A stretch of 64,000 nucleotides of DNA from an uncultured virus (IMG/VR IMGVR_UViG_3300027801_002629) (lineage: Duplodnaviria; Heunggongvirae; Uroviricota; Caudoviricetes), in the IMG/VR virus record IMGVR_UViG_3300027801_002629; one strand, given 5' to 3'. Made by a program: the position numbers and the translations under genes. Under the pieces are notes generated by a model. The model had not been told where the DNA came from and did not search any database. It saw only the letters and a list, made by a program, of their open reading frames with translations. Every line of letters starts with the position of its first letter. The first letter of the stretch is position 1. Positions 17,666 through 26,788 of this stretch are shown in pieces.

Positions 17666-18475
17666 TCATTTACCCATCATTTTCATTGCAAATGCTTGAG
17701 ATTTCATAAACCCTGCTTTATCTTTAATCATTGTTTCAAACTTTGTTTTTGTTTTCGGTTTTAGAGCATCATATACTTGAATCATTGCAGAGGCGGTAAA
17801 AAGGTCAACCTTTGCTTGACCTGATTTGAACATAACTGTTTGATATTGTTTATCTTTAACTATTTTTCGGAGAGTTTCTACTGTTGCTGGATATGCAGTC
17901 CCTTTAGCTTCATCAATTAAACTTTTTGCTTTATCTACTAACTGTTCAGAATATTTTTTAATAGATTCAGTATAAGCGTCTGTTGATTCAATCATTTTTG
18001 TGAACAAGTCATCAACTTCTTCACCAAGTTCGCCTGGCGTAACTTCTTTATATTTTTGCACAATCCGGTCTGTACCATCTTCTAGTACTTCTTCTTTCTT
18101 CATCTTTTTTTCTTTTTTCTTGTCATGATCCATAACTTTTTTACCTAAAGGTGTGAGATTACCTTTTTTGTCATACATCATATTGATAAGTTTTTTCTCA
18201 GCCGCTGTCAATTCGTTGACAACTTCAACTTCTTCTTTCTTCATCTTTTTTTCTTTTTTATATTGAGCAATGTTTGCTGCTCGTTTTCTATCTGAAGGTG
18301 ACAATTGACCCCACCACTTCTCCATATTCTCTGGTTGTTTATCTACTTTTCCACCAGCTTTCTTCCATTTTGATATTGCTAATGCACGTTTAAGAGCTTC
18401 CTTGTCGGCCTCATCTAATTCTTCTTCTTCAACAAGACTATCTACCCATTGAATTTGTTCTATAAAAGTTTTCAT
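17666..18475 (-). CDS. Modular protein with IP-like leader
   Basis: MKTFIEQ; internal KKEKKMKKEEV duplication; C-terminal VDLFTASAMIQVYDAL module. Confidence 0.6.
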   Translation of the reverse strand: MKTFIEQIQWVDSLVEEEELDEADKEALKRALAISKWKKAGGKVDKQPENMEKWWGQLSPSDRKRAANIAQYKKEKKMKKEEVEVVNELTAAEKKLINMMYDKKGNLTPLGKKVMDHDKKKEKKMKKEEVLEDGTDRIVQKYKEVTPGELGEEVDDLFTKMIESTDAYTESIKKYSEQLVDKAKSLIDEAKGTAYPATVETLRKIVKDKQYQTVMFKSGQAKVDLFTASAMIQVYDALKPKTKTKFETMIKDKAGFMKSQAFAMKMMGK

Positions 18476-19708
18476 TTATTTATCCCAGTTTTTGGCAGCG
18501 TTAAAGTTCTGCATTGAAAATTCAAGGCGATCAACTAATTTAACCGCTCCACCTGTAAGTTTATCTATAGCAACAAATCCTTCTGGGGCTGTTACTTTAT
18601 ATCCTGTAGAAGTTTTCATCAAAGTCGTTATTCCTCTAATCTTTTCTAACTTACGAATAATTAATAGTTTTGCTTCAATAAGTAAGTTTTGCATTGCAAA
18701 TATCTTGACAATTTCAGAAGAATTTTTCCTAAGAAACCCTACATATCGATCTAGTATAAGTTTCTTACTCGCCTTAGTCTTAGCTTGTTTTACTTTATCA
18801 ATATCAGCTTTTAGTTTGTCATATATAAATGCAATTAATCCAGCCGTATGTTTTTTCACATTTTTAATTTGTTGTCCTTCTCTTACCAACTTATTAGTAT
18901 AAGTCTGAATCAACCTTGCTGTTTGTGGATCATTTGAAATCATCTCTAACACACTAGAATTTAACTGACGGAATAGAGTTCCTGCGCTACTTAATATTTT
19001 AGTAACCTCTCCAGTCTCTGTCGCTGTCATAGTGGCACTCCCAGTATGATCTTTAAAAGATGCATCTGCTTGCCATATCGTATTACTTTTTTTAAATGCT
19101 CCTGAACTAACTCCAAAAGAAGCAGACATACTTTCCATTGAAGAACCATTATACGTAGTATGCCACACGATTCCCATAGTAGAAGATAAGACTTTGCGTG
19201 CTAATTTAGATTTAGCGGGTATAGCATAAACAATTGTATTTGGTTGAAATGTAATATAATCTTCCCCACTAATCGTTTCTTTTTTTATCATTTCTTTTAC
19301 GAACATAAAGTCACCTTGTAAAATTCCTTTTATGTTCACTTTTGGTAATTCTCTGAGAGCCACCGTCAATTTATTATTGAGGCTTGATGCTCCTGATCCA
19401 GGGTGATTTTTATTGATATCAGCCTCAGTATAGTTTAATTTGCCACCTGACTTAGCAAATACCCCTTTTGTTCCTACGAAAAATTTATCATTTTCCGGAT
19501 TAATACCAGCGAACACTGCTGGTGCTCCATCCCATTTTACGGTTACATTGACGGAAGCATTAGAGTGTCCAGCTAACATATCTCTTAAACCTTGAAGGAA
19601 ACTTATTGCTCCTCTTGTACCTTTTACTCCACCATTTAACACCTCATCTTCAAGGTGTTCCATGTGAAGGTTCTTTGCTTCAGTTAAGAATGATGAGAAT
19701 GCGAACAC
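18476..19708 (-). CDS. Conserved T4-like protein with covalent nucleotidyltransferase (ligase-like) motifs
   Basis: GTG start, FSSFLTE leader; TVKWDG, ILQGDFM, EGFVA, VKLVDR. Confidence 0.6.
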   Translation of the reverse strand: MFAFSSFLTEAKNLHMEHLEDEVLNGGVKGTRGAISFLQGLRDMLAGHSNASVNVTVKWDGAPAVFAGINPENDKFFVGTKGVFAKSGGKLNYTEADINKNHPGSGASSLNNKLTVALRELPKVNIKGILQGDFMFVKEMIKKETISGEDYITFQPNTIVYAIPAKSKLARKVLSSTMGIVWHTTYNGSSMESMSASFGVSSGAFKKSNTIWQADASFKDHTGSATMTATETGEVTKILSSAGTLFRQLNSSVLEMISNDPQTARLIQTYTNKLVREGQQIKNVKKHTAGLIAFIYDKLKADIDKVKQAKTKASKKLILDRYVGFLRKNSSEIVKIFAMQNLLIEAKLLIIRKLEKIRGITTLMKTSTGYKVTAPEGFVAIDKLTGGAVKLVDRLEFSMQNFNAAKNWDK

Positions 19709-21531
19709 TATTTACTTGCCTTTCCATATTTGTCCACAAACCTTTTAGCATCAATAGTAGTTGCTCCCTCAAAAACAAAAGAAAAATTTGAGCCTCCTTG
19801 ATTAGTTCCCATACGATTTAAAGTATATGTTGGTACTCCTTCTGGATCTACGTTATATAAAAAAGAACTTTCAAGTGCATAATAATTTCCTCCATCAGTA
19901 CTATTGGCATGGAATCCACACACAGCACCAACTAAACCTGCAAAAGACGATTCTTTCCCTTCTTCAAATTCTTTTGCTCCTTGTAGATTTTCCCAAGGAT
20001 CACCCCCTCCACCAATTCCGTATACTTTCCATACTGGAAGAGTGGTCTTACCAAATAACATCTCTTTTTGCATTGCAATCATTTCTTTTTTTAATTTGTT
20101 CATATCTCCTAAATTAGCAGAAATAACCTCATTGAAAACATAAACACCGGTATAATTTGAAAACAGTTTATATATATCCCCTACATCCTTCATATTCTTA
20201 CTATGTAATCTCCCTGTTTTTTTGTAAGAAAATGTTGGTGAACTAGCGGCTGATGAAAAATCACTTAACCGTTTTTCGATTCCTTTTCTGACTATATTTA
20301 ATTTTGGGACATCTAATTTTTTCAGTTCTGAATTTAATCCTTCACAAATAAATCCTTGTTCATCGAATTTAAAGGCTTCCTTTAGATTAATCTTCGGTCC
20401 TGACATTTTATCAAATTGTCTTTGTAGATCATTTAAATCACCTTTAACTTTTTTATCAAACGTCTGTGAAAACTTTTTAGTTAATCCCTTTACCCAACTT
20501 TTAAGTTTACCTACAAACCCTTTTATTTTTTTCCAAACACCAGAAAAAAAATCTCCGAATCCTTCATCTAGATATCCTTCATCTAATAAGGTCTTCAACA
20601 TTACTTCATATTTGGGTAGATTATACTTTTTTTGTAACATTGCAGTAATCTTACCAAGCTGTGCCGCACCTTTTGCTTTCTTCAATGAAATTTGGAGAAA
20701 TTTAATGTTTGTATCTACGATAGTACAAGTTGATTTGTTATCATATTCAACTTTTCCCTTTTTCATTGCTAAAAGTAGTTTATCAGAAGGTACATTAGAT
20801 ATAATAACATCTGCTGCATTAGCCTTTGATCCTCTAACTTCAATAGTTGGATTATTTTCTTCTGCAGAATAATAACTTTTAATTTTACCATGAGTTATAT
20901 AAGCCGTTCCAAGTGAAGATTTGCCTACCTTTTCCCAGAATAGTTGCATTCCTGCGGCTAATCCCAAAAGTAAATTCATATCACCTAAACTAATATCATC
21001 AAGTTTGGATGTAATTTTTGCTACTCCACCACTATCCCAATCTTGACCACCTCCGAGGGCTGACTTTATTTCTGACTTAATTGAAGATGTAACACTACTA
21101 GATGGTGTACCACCTGCTTTACCTATTTTTGCTAATGCAGCATTTGCATCATAATAAAGTCCCAAACATTGAGCAGTTTCTATTGAATCTGCTTTCCATG
21201 TGATTCCCGTACCGTCTTTGTAACCATTAAAATAGTTTTTGATTGTAGCAGCTGATCCTTTTAAAACAAATGTTTTACCACCAACTTCTAAATATACTTC
21301 TTGATCCCCACCCGATCCTACTTGTACTTCTTTGGCAGTAGAACTAGGGCTCACTTTTGTTAAAATGGTGGATGCATCTATTTTAACACCTAAAAATTCA
21401 GATACGGTATTAATTTTATCTATTTTAACGACTACTTTTTCACCTACACCATATTTTGAATCATATATGCTATATTCTAGTAGATCATCCAGAAAAGATT
21501 TATTTTCAGAAAAATTGATAAATGTCTTCAT
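19708..21531 (-). CDS. Large IP-like leader protein with possible PD-(D/E)xK nuclease motif
   Basis: MKTFINFSE; AADVII...FLQISLKK. Confidence 0.5.
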   Translation of the reverse strand: MKTFINFSENKSFLDDLLEYSIYDSKYGVGEKVVVKIDKINTVSEFLGVKIDASTILTKVSPSSTAKEVQVGSGGDQEVYLEVGGKTFVLKGSAATIKNYFNGYKDGTGITWKADSIETAQCLGLYYDANAALAKIGKAGGTPSSSVTSSIKSEIKSALGGGQDWDSGGVAKITSKLDDISLGDMNLLLGLAAGMQLFWEKVGKSSLGTAYITHGKIKSYYSAEENNPTIEVRGSKANAADVIISNVPSDKLLLAMKKGKVEYDNKSTCTIVDTNIKFLQISLKKAKGAAQLGKITAMLQKKYNLPKYEVMLKTLLDEGYLDEGFGDFFSGVWKKIKGFVGKLKSWVKGLTKKFSQTFDKKVKGDLNDLQRQFDKMSGPKINLKEAFKFDEQGFICEGLNSELKKLDVPKLNIVRKGIEKRLSDFSSAASSPTFSYKKTGRLHSKNMKDVGDIYKLFSNYTGVYVFNEVISANLGDMNKLKKEMIAMQKEMLFGKTTLPVWKVYGIGGGGDPWENLQGAKEFEEGKESSFAGLVGAVCGFHANSTDGGNYYALESSFLYNVDPEGVPTYTLNRMGTNQGGSNFSFVFEGATTIDAKRFVDKYGKASK

Positions 21532-21565
21532 TCATTCCCTTATGTTGAAATATATTTTACTGATA

Positions 21566-21573
21566 TATTTATA
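21566..21573 (-). promoter_or_regulatory. T4-type late promoter TATAAATA
   Basis: Exact consensus 35 nt upstream of the 21531 start, at the head of the leader-gene array. Confidence 0.65.
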
Positions 21574-21597
21574 CTATTGGTCAGCTCCATTTTTCAT

Positions 21598-22023
21598 TTA
21601 TAATCCTTTATATGTTCCTTTTATGTCGCATGTTAGCCAGACTTGCCCTGTTTCTTCTGTTCCGTAATACATTCTAGTTGGGTATTCTCGGTGTGGAGGG
21701 CGATTCTTGTTCATGTAGTTTTTGTCAGGCTTATTACCTTGATGGTCTAAATGTTGTGTGCTGAATTTACTCTCTCCCACTCCATTTTCATAGTAGTTCC
21801 AACAGTTTACTTCAGATGTAAATTCCTTGTCTATTGTTCTATTGACGGGGTTCCAAATAGTGACTATAGCGATCCATATCACCTCAGTAGATAAATTAGT
21901 TCTTGTTTCGGTGGATGTTTTAGCAGGCGTGGTAATTGGTGAGTCTTCAGCTGTTGCGTCTTTTGCACATCCGTTAAGACTTAATGCTACTAACACAATG
22001 ATGATGATCACCCAATTCTTCAT
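21598..22023 (-). CDS. Lipoprotein, paralog of 22868-23137
   Basis: Signal peptide with LNGC; FTSEVNCWNYYE...VWLTC. Confidence 0.65.
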   Translation of the reverse strand: MKNWVIIIIVLVALSLNGCAKDATAEDSPITTPAKTSTETRTNLSTEVIWIAIVTIWNPVNRTIDKEFTSEVNCWNYYENGVGESKFSTQHLDHQGNKPDKNYMNKNRPPHREYPTRMYYGTEETGQVWLTCDIKGTYKGL

Positions 22024-22024
22024 A

Positions 22025-22273
22025 TTAGTTTATCTTATATGTTCTATCTACACGCCTGATCTTAGATTGCTCTTGATCATAGATGAATACTTCTTTTATT
22101 GGACCATCTATGTTCTTATCCCAATAGTCTAGGAATTTGGTAATACGTGGATATTCTGGTAATTGATCCTCAGTCTGCCACATGAATTCATTTACAATAT
22201 GTAAATAATCTGGTATATAATATATTACTTGAACCGTAGCAACAGTCCATTTCTTTATGTGAATATAGCTGAT
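22025..22273 (-). CDS. Usg-family protein with non-AUG start (absent from the ORF track)
   Basis: VATVQVIYYIPDYLHIVNEFMWQTEDQLPEYPRITKFLDYWDKNIDGPIKEV; GGAGG RBS then ATT ATC. Confidence 0.7.
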   Translation of the reverse strand: MSYIHIKKWTVATVQVIYYIPDYLHIVNEFMWQTEDQLPEYPRITKFLDYWDKNIDGPIKEVFIYDQEQSKIRRVDRTYKIN

Positions 22274-22301
22274 AATACCTCCCTGTAGTCTACTAATTAG
22301 T

Positions 22302-22553
22302 TTAATCGGTCAATCGAATCCATTCTTCTTGACTTAGTGGGGCTCCAGCCCTTTTTTTGAGTAAATCTTTTCGCTGTTGTTTTATAGTCTTTTTTATAGT
22401 TTGTTTTATCTCTTTTTTAGATGGCATTTTAGGTGGTTCTCTTAATTTAAATGCTAAGTTAACTTCTCTCTCTATTAAATCTTGTACAACACCCCAGCTA
22501 TAGTTTTCTCTTTCATGACTTAACATACTTTGAAGTCCCATGCAACCGGCCAT
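22302..22553 (-). CDS. Hypothetical protein
   Basis: ORF track; likely start MLSHERE. Confidence 0.5.
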   Translation of the reverse strand: MAGCMGLQSMLSHERENYSWGVVQDLIEREVNLAFKLREPPKMPSKKEIKQTIKKTIKQQRKDLLKKRAGAPLSQEEWIRLTD

Positions 22554-22674
22554 TGTTCTTCTTTTAATTTTTGTCGTTTATCGAAATCTTCACGCCATTC
22601 TTGCCACAGCAATTTATTTTTATTTTGCATCGCTTTTTTGCTACGTGAATACTGAGCCTCGTAATATTCTATAC

Positions 22675-22893
22675 TCATTTTAAATCTTTCTTGTAATCTA
22701 AGTAACTTTGGCGCATATCGTTCACTGTAGTTTTTATTTCTTTTACGTCTTTTTGTATATCATATACTATTATACAGTTCCATGCGAGTAATGCTCCTGC
22801 AATTGATGCTAGAACAGAAATCACTAATGTATTATCTACGCCTTGATGTTTTGGTATCATGTTTTTCCTATTTCGGTGTTGGTAGTGGTACAT
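22675..22893 (-). CDS. Small TM + coiled-coil protein
   Basis: LVISVLASIAGALLAWNCIIVY segment. Confidence 0.55.
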   Translation of the reverse strand: MYHYQHRNRKNMIPKHQGVDNTLVISVLASIAGALLAWNCIIVYDIQKDVKEIKTTVNDMRQSYLDYKKDLK

Positions 22894-23137
22894 TTAATGG
22901 GAATTTAGAATTATCATTCCCCCTCAGGTCTGACAACTTTTCACAAGTTATCCATACAAGACCGTGTTCATCACTATTGTATAACCTTACATAATAATCT
23001 TTGGGAAATGCTTCATCTATTTGTCTGTAGAGCAGAGGATGTTTTTCGTAAAACTCCCAGCACAATTCTTTACTCTTGAAATGTTGGTCTATTTGTGCAT
23101 TCAACGAAAATGTAAAAAGAATTATTGATACCCACAC
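22868..23137 (-). CDS. Small secreted protein, paralog of 21598-22023
   Basis: Signal peptide; FKSKELCWEFYE...VWITC. Confidence 0.6.
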   Translation of the reverse strand: MWVSIILFTFSLNAQIDQHFKSKELCWEFYEKHPLLYRQIDEAFPKDYYVRLYNSDEHGLVWITCEKLSDLRGNDNSKFPLNVPLPTPK

Positions 23138-23152
23138 TTGGATCGCTTTCGA

Positions 23153-23437
23153 TTATGTATCCCATCGATTTGATAGAATAGGAGTTCTATTTTCTTCTAG
23201 ATTAGCTTGTTGTTCTTGTTGGTGTCTATGCTCTTTCAGAGACTTACACCTATCGTTCAATTCATCCAAATCTGAATTAGTAAAATATAAAAGAAATGTA
23301 TTAATTGCCGTTATCATATTTTGGCGAGAATACAACATTTCTTTCTTATTGATGAATATTTGAATATTGTTATCTTTTTCTTTCATAATGACTGTATCCA
23401 AGCATAAATTATAGCGGTCATGAGCCCATAATTCCAA
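23153..23437 (-). CDS. Hypothetical protein
   Basis: ORF track; likely start MKEKDN. Confidence 0.5.
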   Translation of the reverse strand: MELWAHDRYNLCLDTVIMKEKDNNIQIFINKKEMLYSRQNMITAINTFLLYFTNSDLDELNDRCKSLKEHRHQQEQQANLEENRTPILSNRWDT

Positions 23438-23469
23438 ATGAATAGAGCAATAAAATCTATACCCATAAA

Positions 23470-23700
23470 TTAATATTCTCCTAGCCCACCGAGTCTTCGC
23501 TCTACGTCTTCAAGAGTAAAGAATTTGGGTATCCCATCACGCCCTTCTTCTTTCATATACGAGGCATTATCTTTAAACAATTCAAACTGACCCTTGTCAC
23601 CTTCTACGTAGGTAGTGTGAAGTCCAGCATTATTCATATCAACAGTAAGACTTTCTGCTTGTGGACGATATTTTCGACCACAAAATTTAATTGTCCACAT
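23470..23700 (-). CDS. Rdx (SelW/SelT-like) family protein lacking the second redox residue
   Basis: IKFCGRKYRPQAESL...GDKGQFELF; late promoter TATAAATA at 23715-23722. Confidence 0.5.
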   Translation of the reverse strand: MWTIKFCGRKYRPQAESLTVDMNNAGLHTTYVEGDKGQFELFKDNASYMKEEGRDGIPKFFTLEDVERRLGGLGEY

Positions 23701-23732
23701 ATTTTCCTTTTAAATATTTATAACTCGTTCCA

Positions 23733-24047
23733 CTATCGATCCCAAGGTGATGTTGGTATATTTTTTTCTACAGCAGTCGTAAATACTTCTTCGTCAAGTT
23801 CCTCCCACCCCTCACAAGTTTCTTCTTCGACTGTATCAGCAAAGAAATTACCGTACTGATCTTCCATCACGTAGATCATTTCTGAGGTATAATGTACACT
23901 TTTATCTGTAATAGATAAGATATGAATCATTATTCCCATTTCAGGAAGGATGTAATACCCATCAAGTAGAAAAGCCTTGAGTGAAGGTACTATTTTGTTT
24001 TTTTCTTTCTTATAGTTTTCCAGGCTTATAACTTTGTCATCACTCAA
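23733..24047 (-). CDS. Hypothetical protein
   Basis: Coupled to the gp41 stop. Confidence 0.55.
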   Translation of the reverse strand: MSDDKVISLENYKKEKNKIVPSLKAFLLDGYYILPEMGIMIHILSITDKSVHYTSEMIYVMEDQYGNFFADTVEEETCEGWEELDEEVFTTAVEKNIPTSPWDR

Positions 24048-25491
24048 ATTTAAACTCCCCGAAATCTTTTTTCGTCTTTTTTACATTTCCACTACTGCGG
24101 TCAAAAACAGGGATGCTGTCATCAACCAAATCTTTACCTGTATCAACTAAATCAGCTTGAGATTTATCTCCTAAATCAATAAGTCTCATCTTTGGTCTAT
24201 CTACCCCAACTAAAAACTTTTTATTAGAAGTAGGATCGCTATATCTATTCTTCAATTGTTTTATTAACATTTGACCAGATTCTTCTAAATTTTCATTACT
24301 AATAAGAGCAAACATAAAATCTGCTGTTGCAGGAAGGCCAAAACTTTCACTAGTATCTTCTAGTCCCACATCTGCATTTTGAAATCCTTGACGATTTGTT
24401 TGTGTTGCTGACATAACAGGAACATTAAACTCAACTGCCAATCCTCTAAGTTCTTCCGCAACAGATTTTATATAACTGTATGAATTCACATACACTCCTT
24501 GCTTAATTCGGGATGAAGAACATATGTTAATATAATCCACAAAAACAATATCTGGTTTAAAATTTCTTTTAAGATTTAATTCATTAAATAATGACCTAAA
24601 ATGATTTGTACTTGCAGATGCGGTAGGATATTCTTTAATAATTAATCTTCCTTTAACTTTATTCTTAATATCATTTATTTTCTTATCATACATTGATTTA
24701 GGAAGAAGTTTTAGATCATCTAAGTTAATATTCAATAAATTTGCATCAATTCGTTCTGCTATTCGTTCTTCTGCCATCTCTAATGTTATGTATAATGCAT
24801 TATAACCTTGAGATAATGCATTACTAGCCATGTGACACATAAACAAGGACTTACCAACACCTGTCCCTGCTAAAGCGACATTTAAGGTTTTAGTGGATAA
24901 TCCTCCTTGTGTGATTTTGTTGAAATATTCCAGATCAAATGGAATTTTCTTTTCGACATTATGGTAAAATGAATAGCGATCATCAGAGTCCATAAGATAA
25001 TCGTGGCCCACATGAGGGTCAAAACTAACAGAAAGTGCAGAGGTAAGCAAATCAGGGATCGCACCTTTATCCGACTGAGATTTTTCGGGTTCATCCAATA
25101 TACTAATTGACGCAACAACGGCATTGTAGATTGCTTTGTCTTGACAGAATTTTTCTGTTGTTTCCAATAACCACTGAAGATCTGTTTGCTCATCGGTTCT
25201 CTCCTCATCTAAATGAGTTATAAGCTCTGTTACATTTTGAAATTCTTCGTCTTTTAATGGAGTACCATCCAACTCAATAACTAATGCTTCTTTAGTAGGT
25301 AAGTTATTGTATTTATTAATAAAGGAATTTATTTGCTCATATAACAATTTATCTGTATGTTCTACAAAATATTCTGTGGCAAGAAAAGGTAAAACCTTCC
25401 TAGAATATTCATCATTGTATATTAAATTTTTAAGTATTAAGGTTTCTATCCTTTGCTGCATATTCATCCATTTGTTGTTGTATGATTTCAA
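24040..25491 (-). CDS. 41: DnaB-like replicative helicase (T4 gp41)
   Basis: AGTGVGKS, YITLEMAEE, IKEYPT, FVDYINI, SATQTNR, SESFGLPATAD; likely start MQQRIE. Confidence 0.95.
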   Translation of the reverse strand: MKSYNNKWMNMQQRIETLILKNLIYNDEYSRKVLPFLATEYFVEHTDKLLYEQINSFINKYNNLPTKEALVIELDGTPLKDEEFQNVTELITHLDEERTDEQTDLQWLLETTEKFCQDKAIYNAVVASISILDEPEKSQSDKGAIPDLLTSALSVSFDPHVGHDYLMDSDDRYSFYHNVEKKIPFDLEYFNKITQGGLSTKTLNVALAGTGVGKSLFMCHMASNALSQGYNALYITLEMAEERIAERIDANLLNINLDDLKLLPKSMYDKKINDIKNKVKGRLIIKEYPTASASTNHFRSLFNELNLKRNFKPDIVFVDYINICSSSRIKQGVYVNSYSYIKSVAEELRGLAVEFNVPVMSATQTNRQGFQNADVGLEDTSESFGLPATADFMFALISNENLEESGQMLIKQLKNRYSDPTSNKKFLVGVDRPKMRLIDLGDKSQADLVDTGKDLVDDSIPVFDRSSGNVKKTKKDFGEFKFE

Positions 25492-25753
25492 TTAACCACT
25501 CACCCAAGTTTTTTTCAAACTCGATGCCCGCTTCTTCAGAAATTTCCATACCTACGTCATGTGGTGGAATTTCAATTTCATATTTATATTGACAAGCTAT
25601 ATCATCACCTGTCAATTCTTGTTCGTTTATTTTAAATGTTGTATATCTAATTACCGCACCATCAAATGGAGAATCATCTTGTACTAATATACATAATGAT
25701 TTATCTATTGAATCATTTGGATTTGAACATACTTTATATAAATTATTCGACAT
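25430..25753 (-). CDS. Hypothetical protein at the T4 gp40 position
   Basis: Lies between uvsX and gp41; start MSNNLY. Confidence 0.55.
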   Translation of the reverse strand: MSNNLYKVCSNPNDSIDKSLCILVQDDSPFDGAVIRYTTFKINEQELTGDDIACQYKYEIEIPPHDVGMEISEEAGIEFEKNLGEWLIEIIQQQMDEYAAKDRNLNT

Positions 25754-26780
25754 TTTCCACCTCTTCTTTCGCCTCATCAAATCCACCATACAAAAACACC
25801 GTCTTAGCATGAGCATTTAATTTGTCAAGAATTTCTGGTGTAAAATACTTTTCGGGATCATTTATAATTGCCTTTCCAAAGACTTTAGAACCATCCGGCA
25901 TCTCATATCTTGTAGATACTTTGGTAAAGATTCCCGCGTCTTCTGCCAATTCAATGAGTCCGTAATACCTATTCAAACCTTTATCATACCGTAAGAGAAC
26001 ATCAACTTTTTTGTTCTCCTTAGTCAATCTAGATTTGAAATTTTTACAATGAATTACATTTCCTACGACATCGGTTCCTTCTTTTTCTTTTCTCTTGGAA
26101 AGGAATATAATAGTTGAAGCGGCATACTGTAAACCACTTCCTCCACCCATTACATCAGTTGGAAACATTGTACCCATTTGTTTATATGTGTGATTAGTAA
26201 CTAATAATGGAATTCCCGCCTTACCAAGTTTCAATGTCAATACTCTGAAAGCACCTTTGACTAATTGTGCTCGCGTCATATCTTTGGTTTCTTTCCCATC
26301 GGAAATATCGGTAACTTCTTTAGTAGTAGACAACATACCAAGTGAATCTAAACACATCATTATTGGTCTATCTTGAGTATGATTATCCACCACTTTAACT
26401 GCTTGATGGGCAAATTCTTGAATAGTTGTTACAGGAAGAATTATCATTCTACTAGAATCAATTCCACGTTCTTCGATCATGGATTTGGTGAGTGCAGACT
26501 CAGACTCAAAATACAGAACACCGCCGCTAGGATTGTCTGCAAGAAACTGTTTGACAATGCCCAATGCAAAAAAGGTTTTTCCTGTTGCTGTCTCACCTGC
26601 CAAAGCTGTAATTTTATTAGAAGGGATTCCTCCATAGATATCTCCTGAAACTAATGCGTTTAAAATATAACTTCCAGTGTCTACAAAGCCGGAAACATCT
26701 CCGGCTTCAACACCATCTGACACTTTTGATCCAAATTCATTACCTGTCACCTTTAATAAATTATCTAAAAAATCACTCAT
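25743..26780 (-). CDS. uvsX: UvsX RecA-like recombinase
   Basis: [41 protein letters not shown]. Confidence 0.95.
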   Translation of the reverse strand: MSDFLDNLLKVTGNEFGSKVSDGVEAGDVSGFVDTGSYILNALVSGDIYGGIPSNKITALAGETATGKTFFALGIVKQFLADNPSGGVLYFESESALTKSMIEERGIDSSRMIILPVTTIQEFAHQAVKVVDNHTQDRPIMMCLDSLGMLSTTKEVTDISDGKETKDMTRAQLVKGAFRVLTLKLGKAGIPLLVTNHTYKQMGTMFPTDVMGGGSGLQYAASTIIFLSKRKEKEGTDVVGNVIHCKNFKSRLTKENKKVDVLLRYDKGLNRYYGLIELAEDAGIFTKVSTRYEMPDGSKVFGKAIINDPEKYFTPEILDKLNAHAKTVFLYGGFDEAKEEVENVE

Positions 26781-26788
26781 TTATTCTC

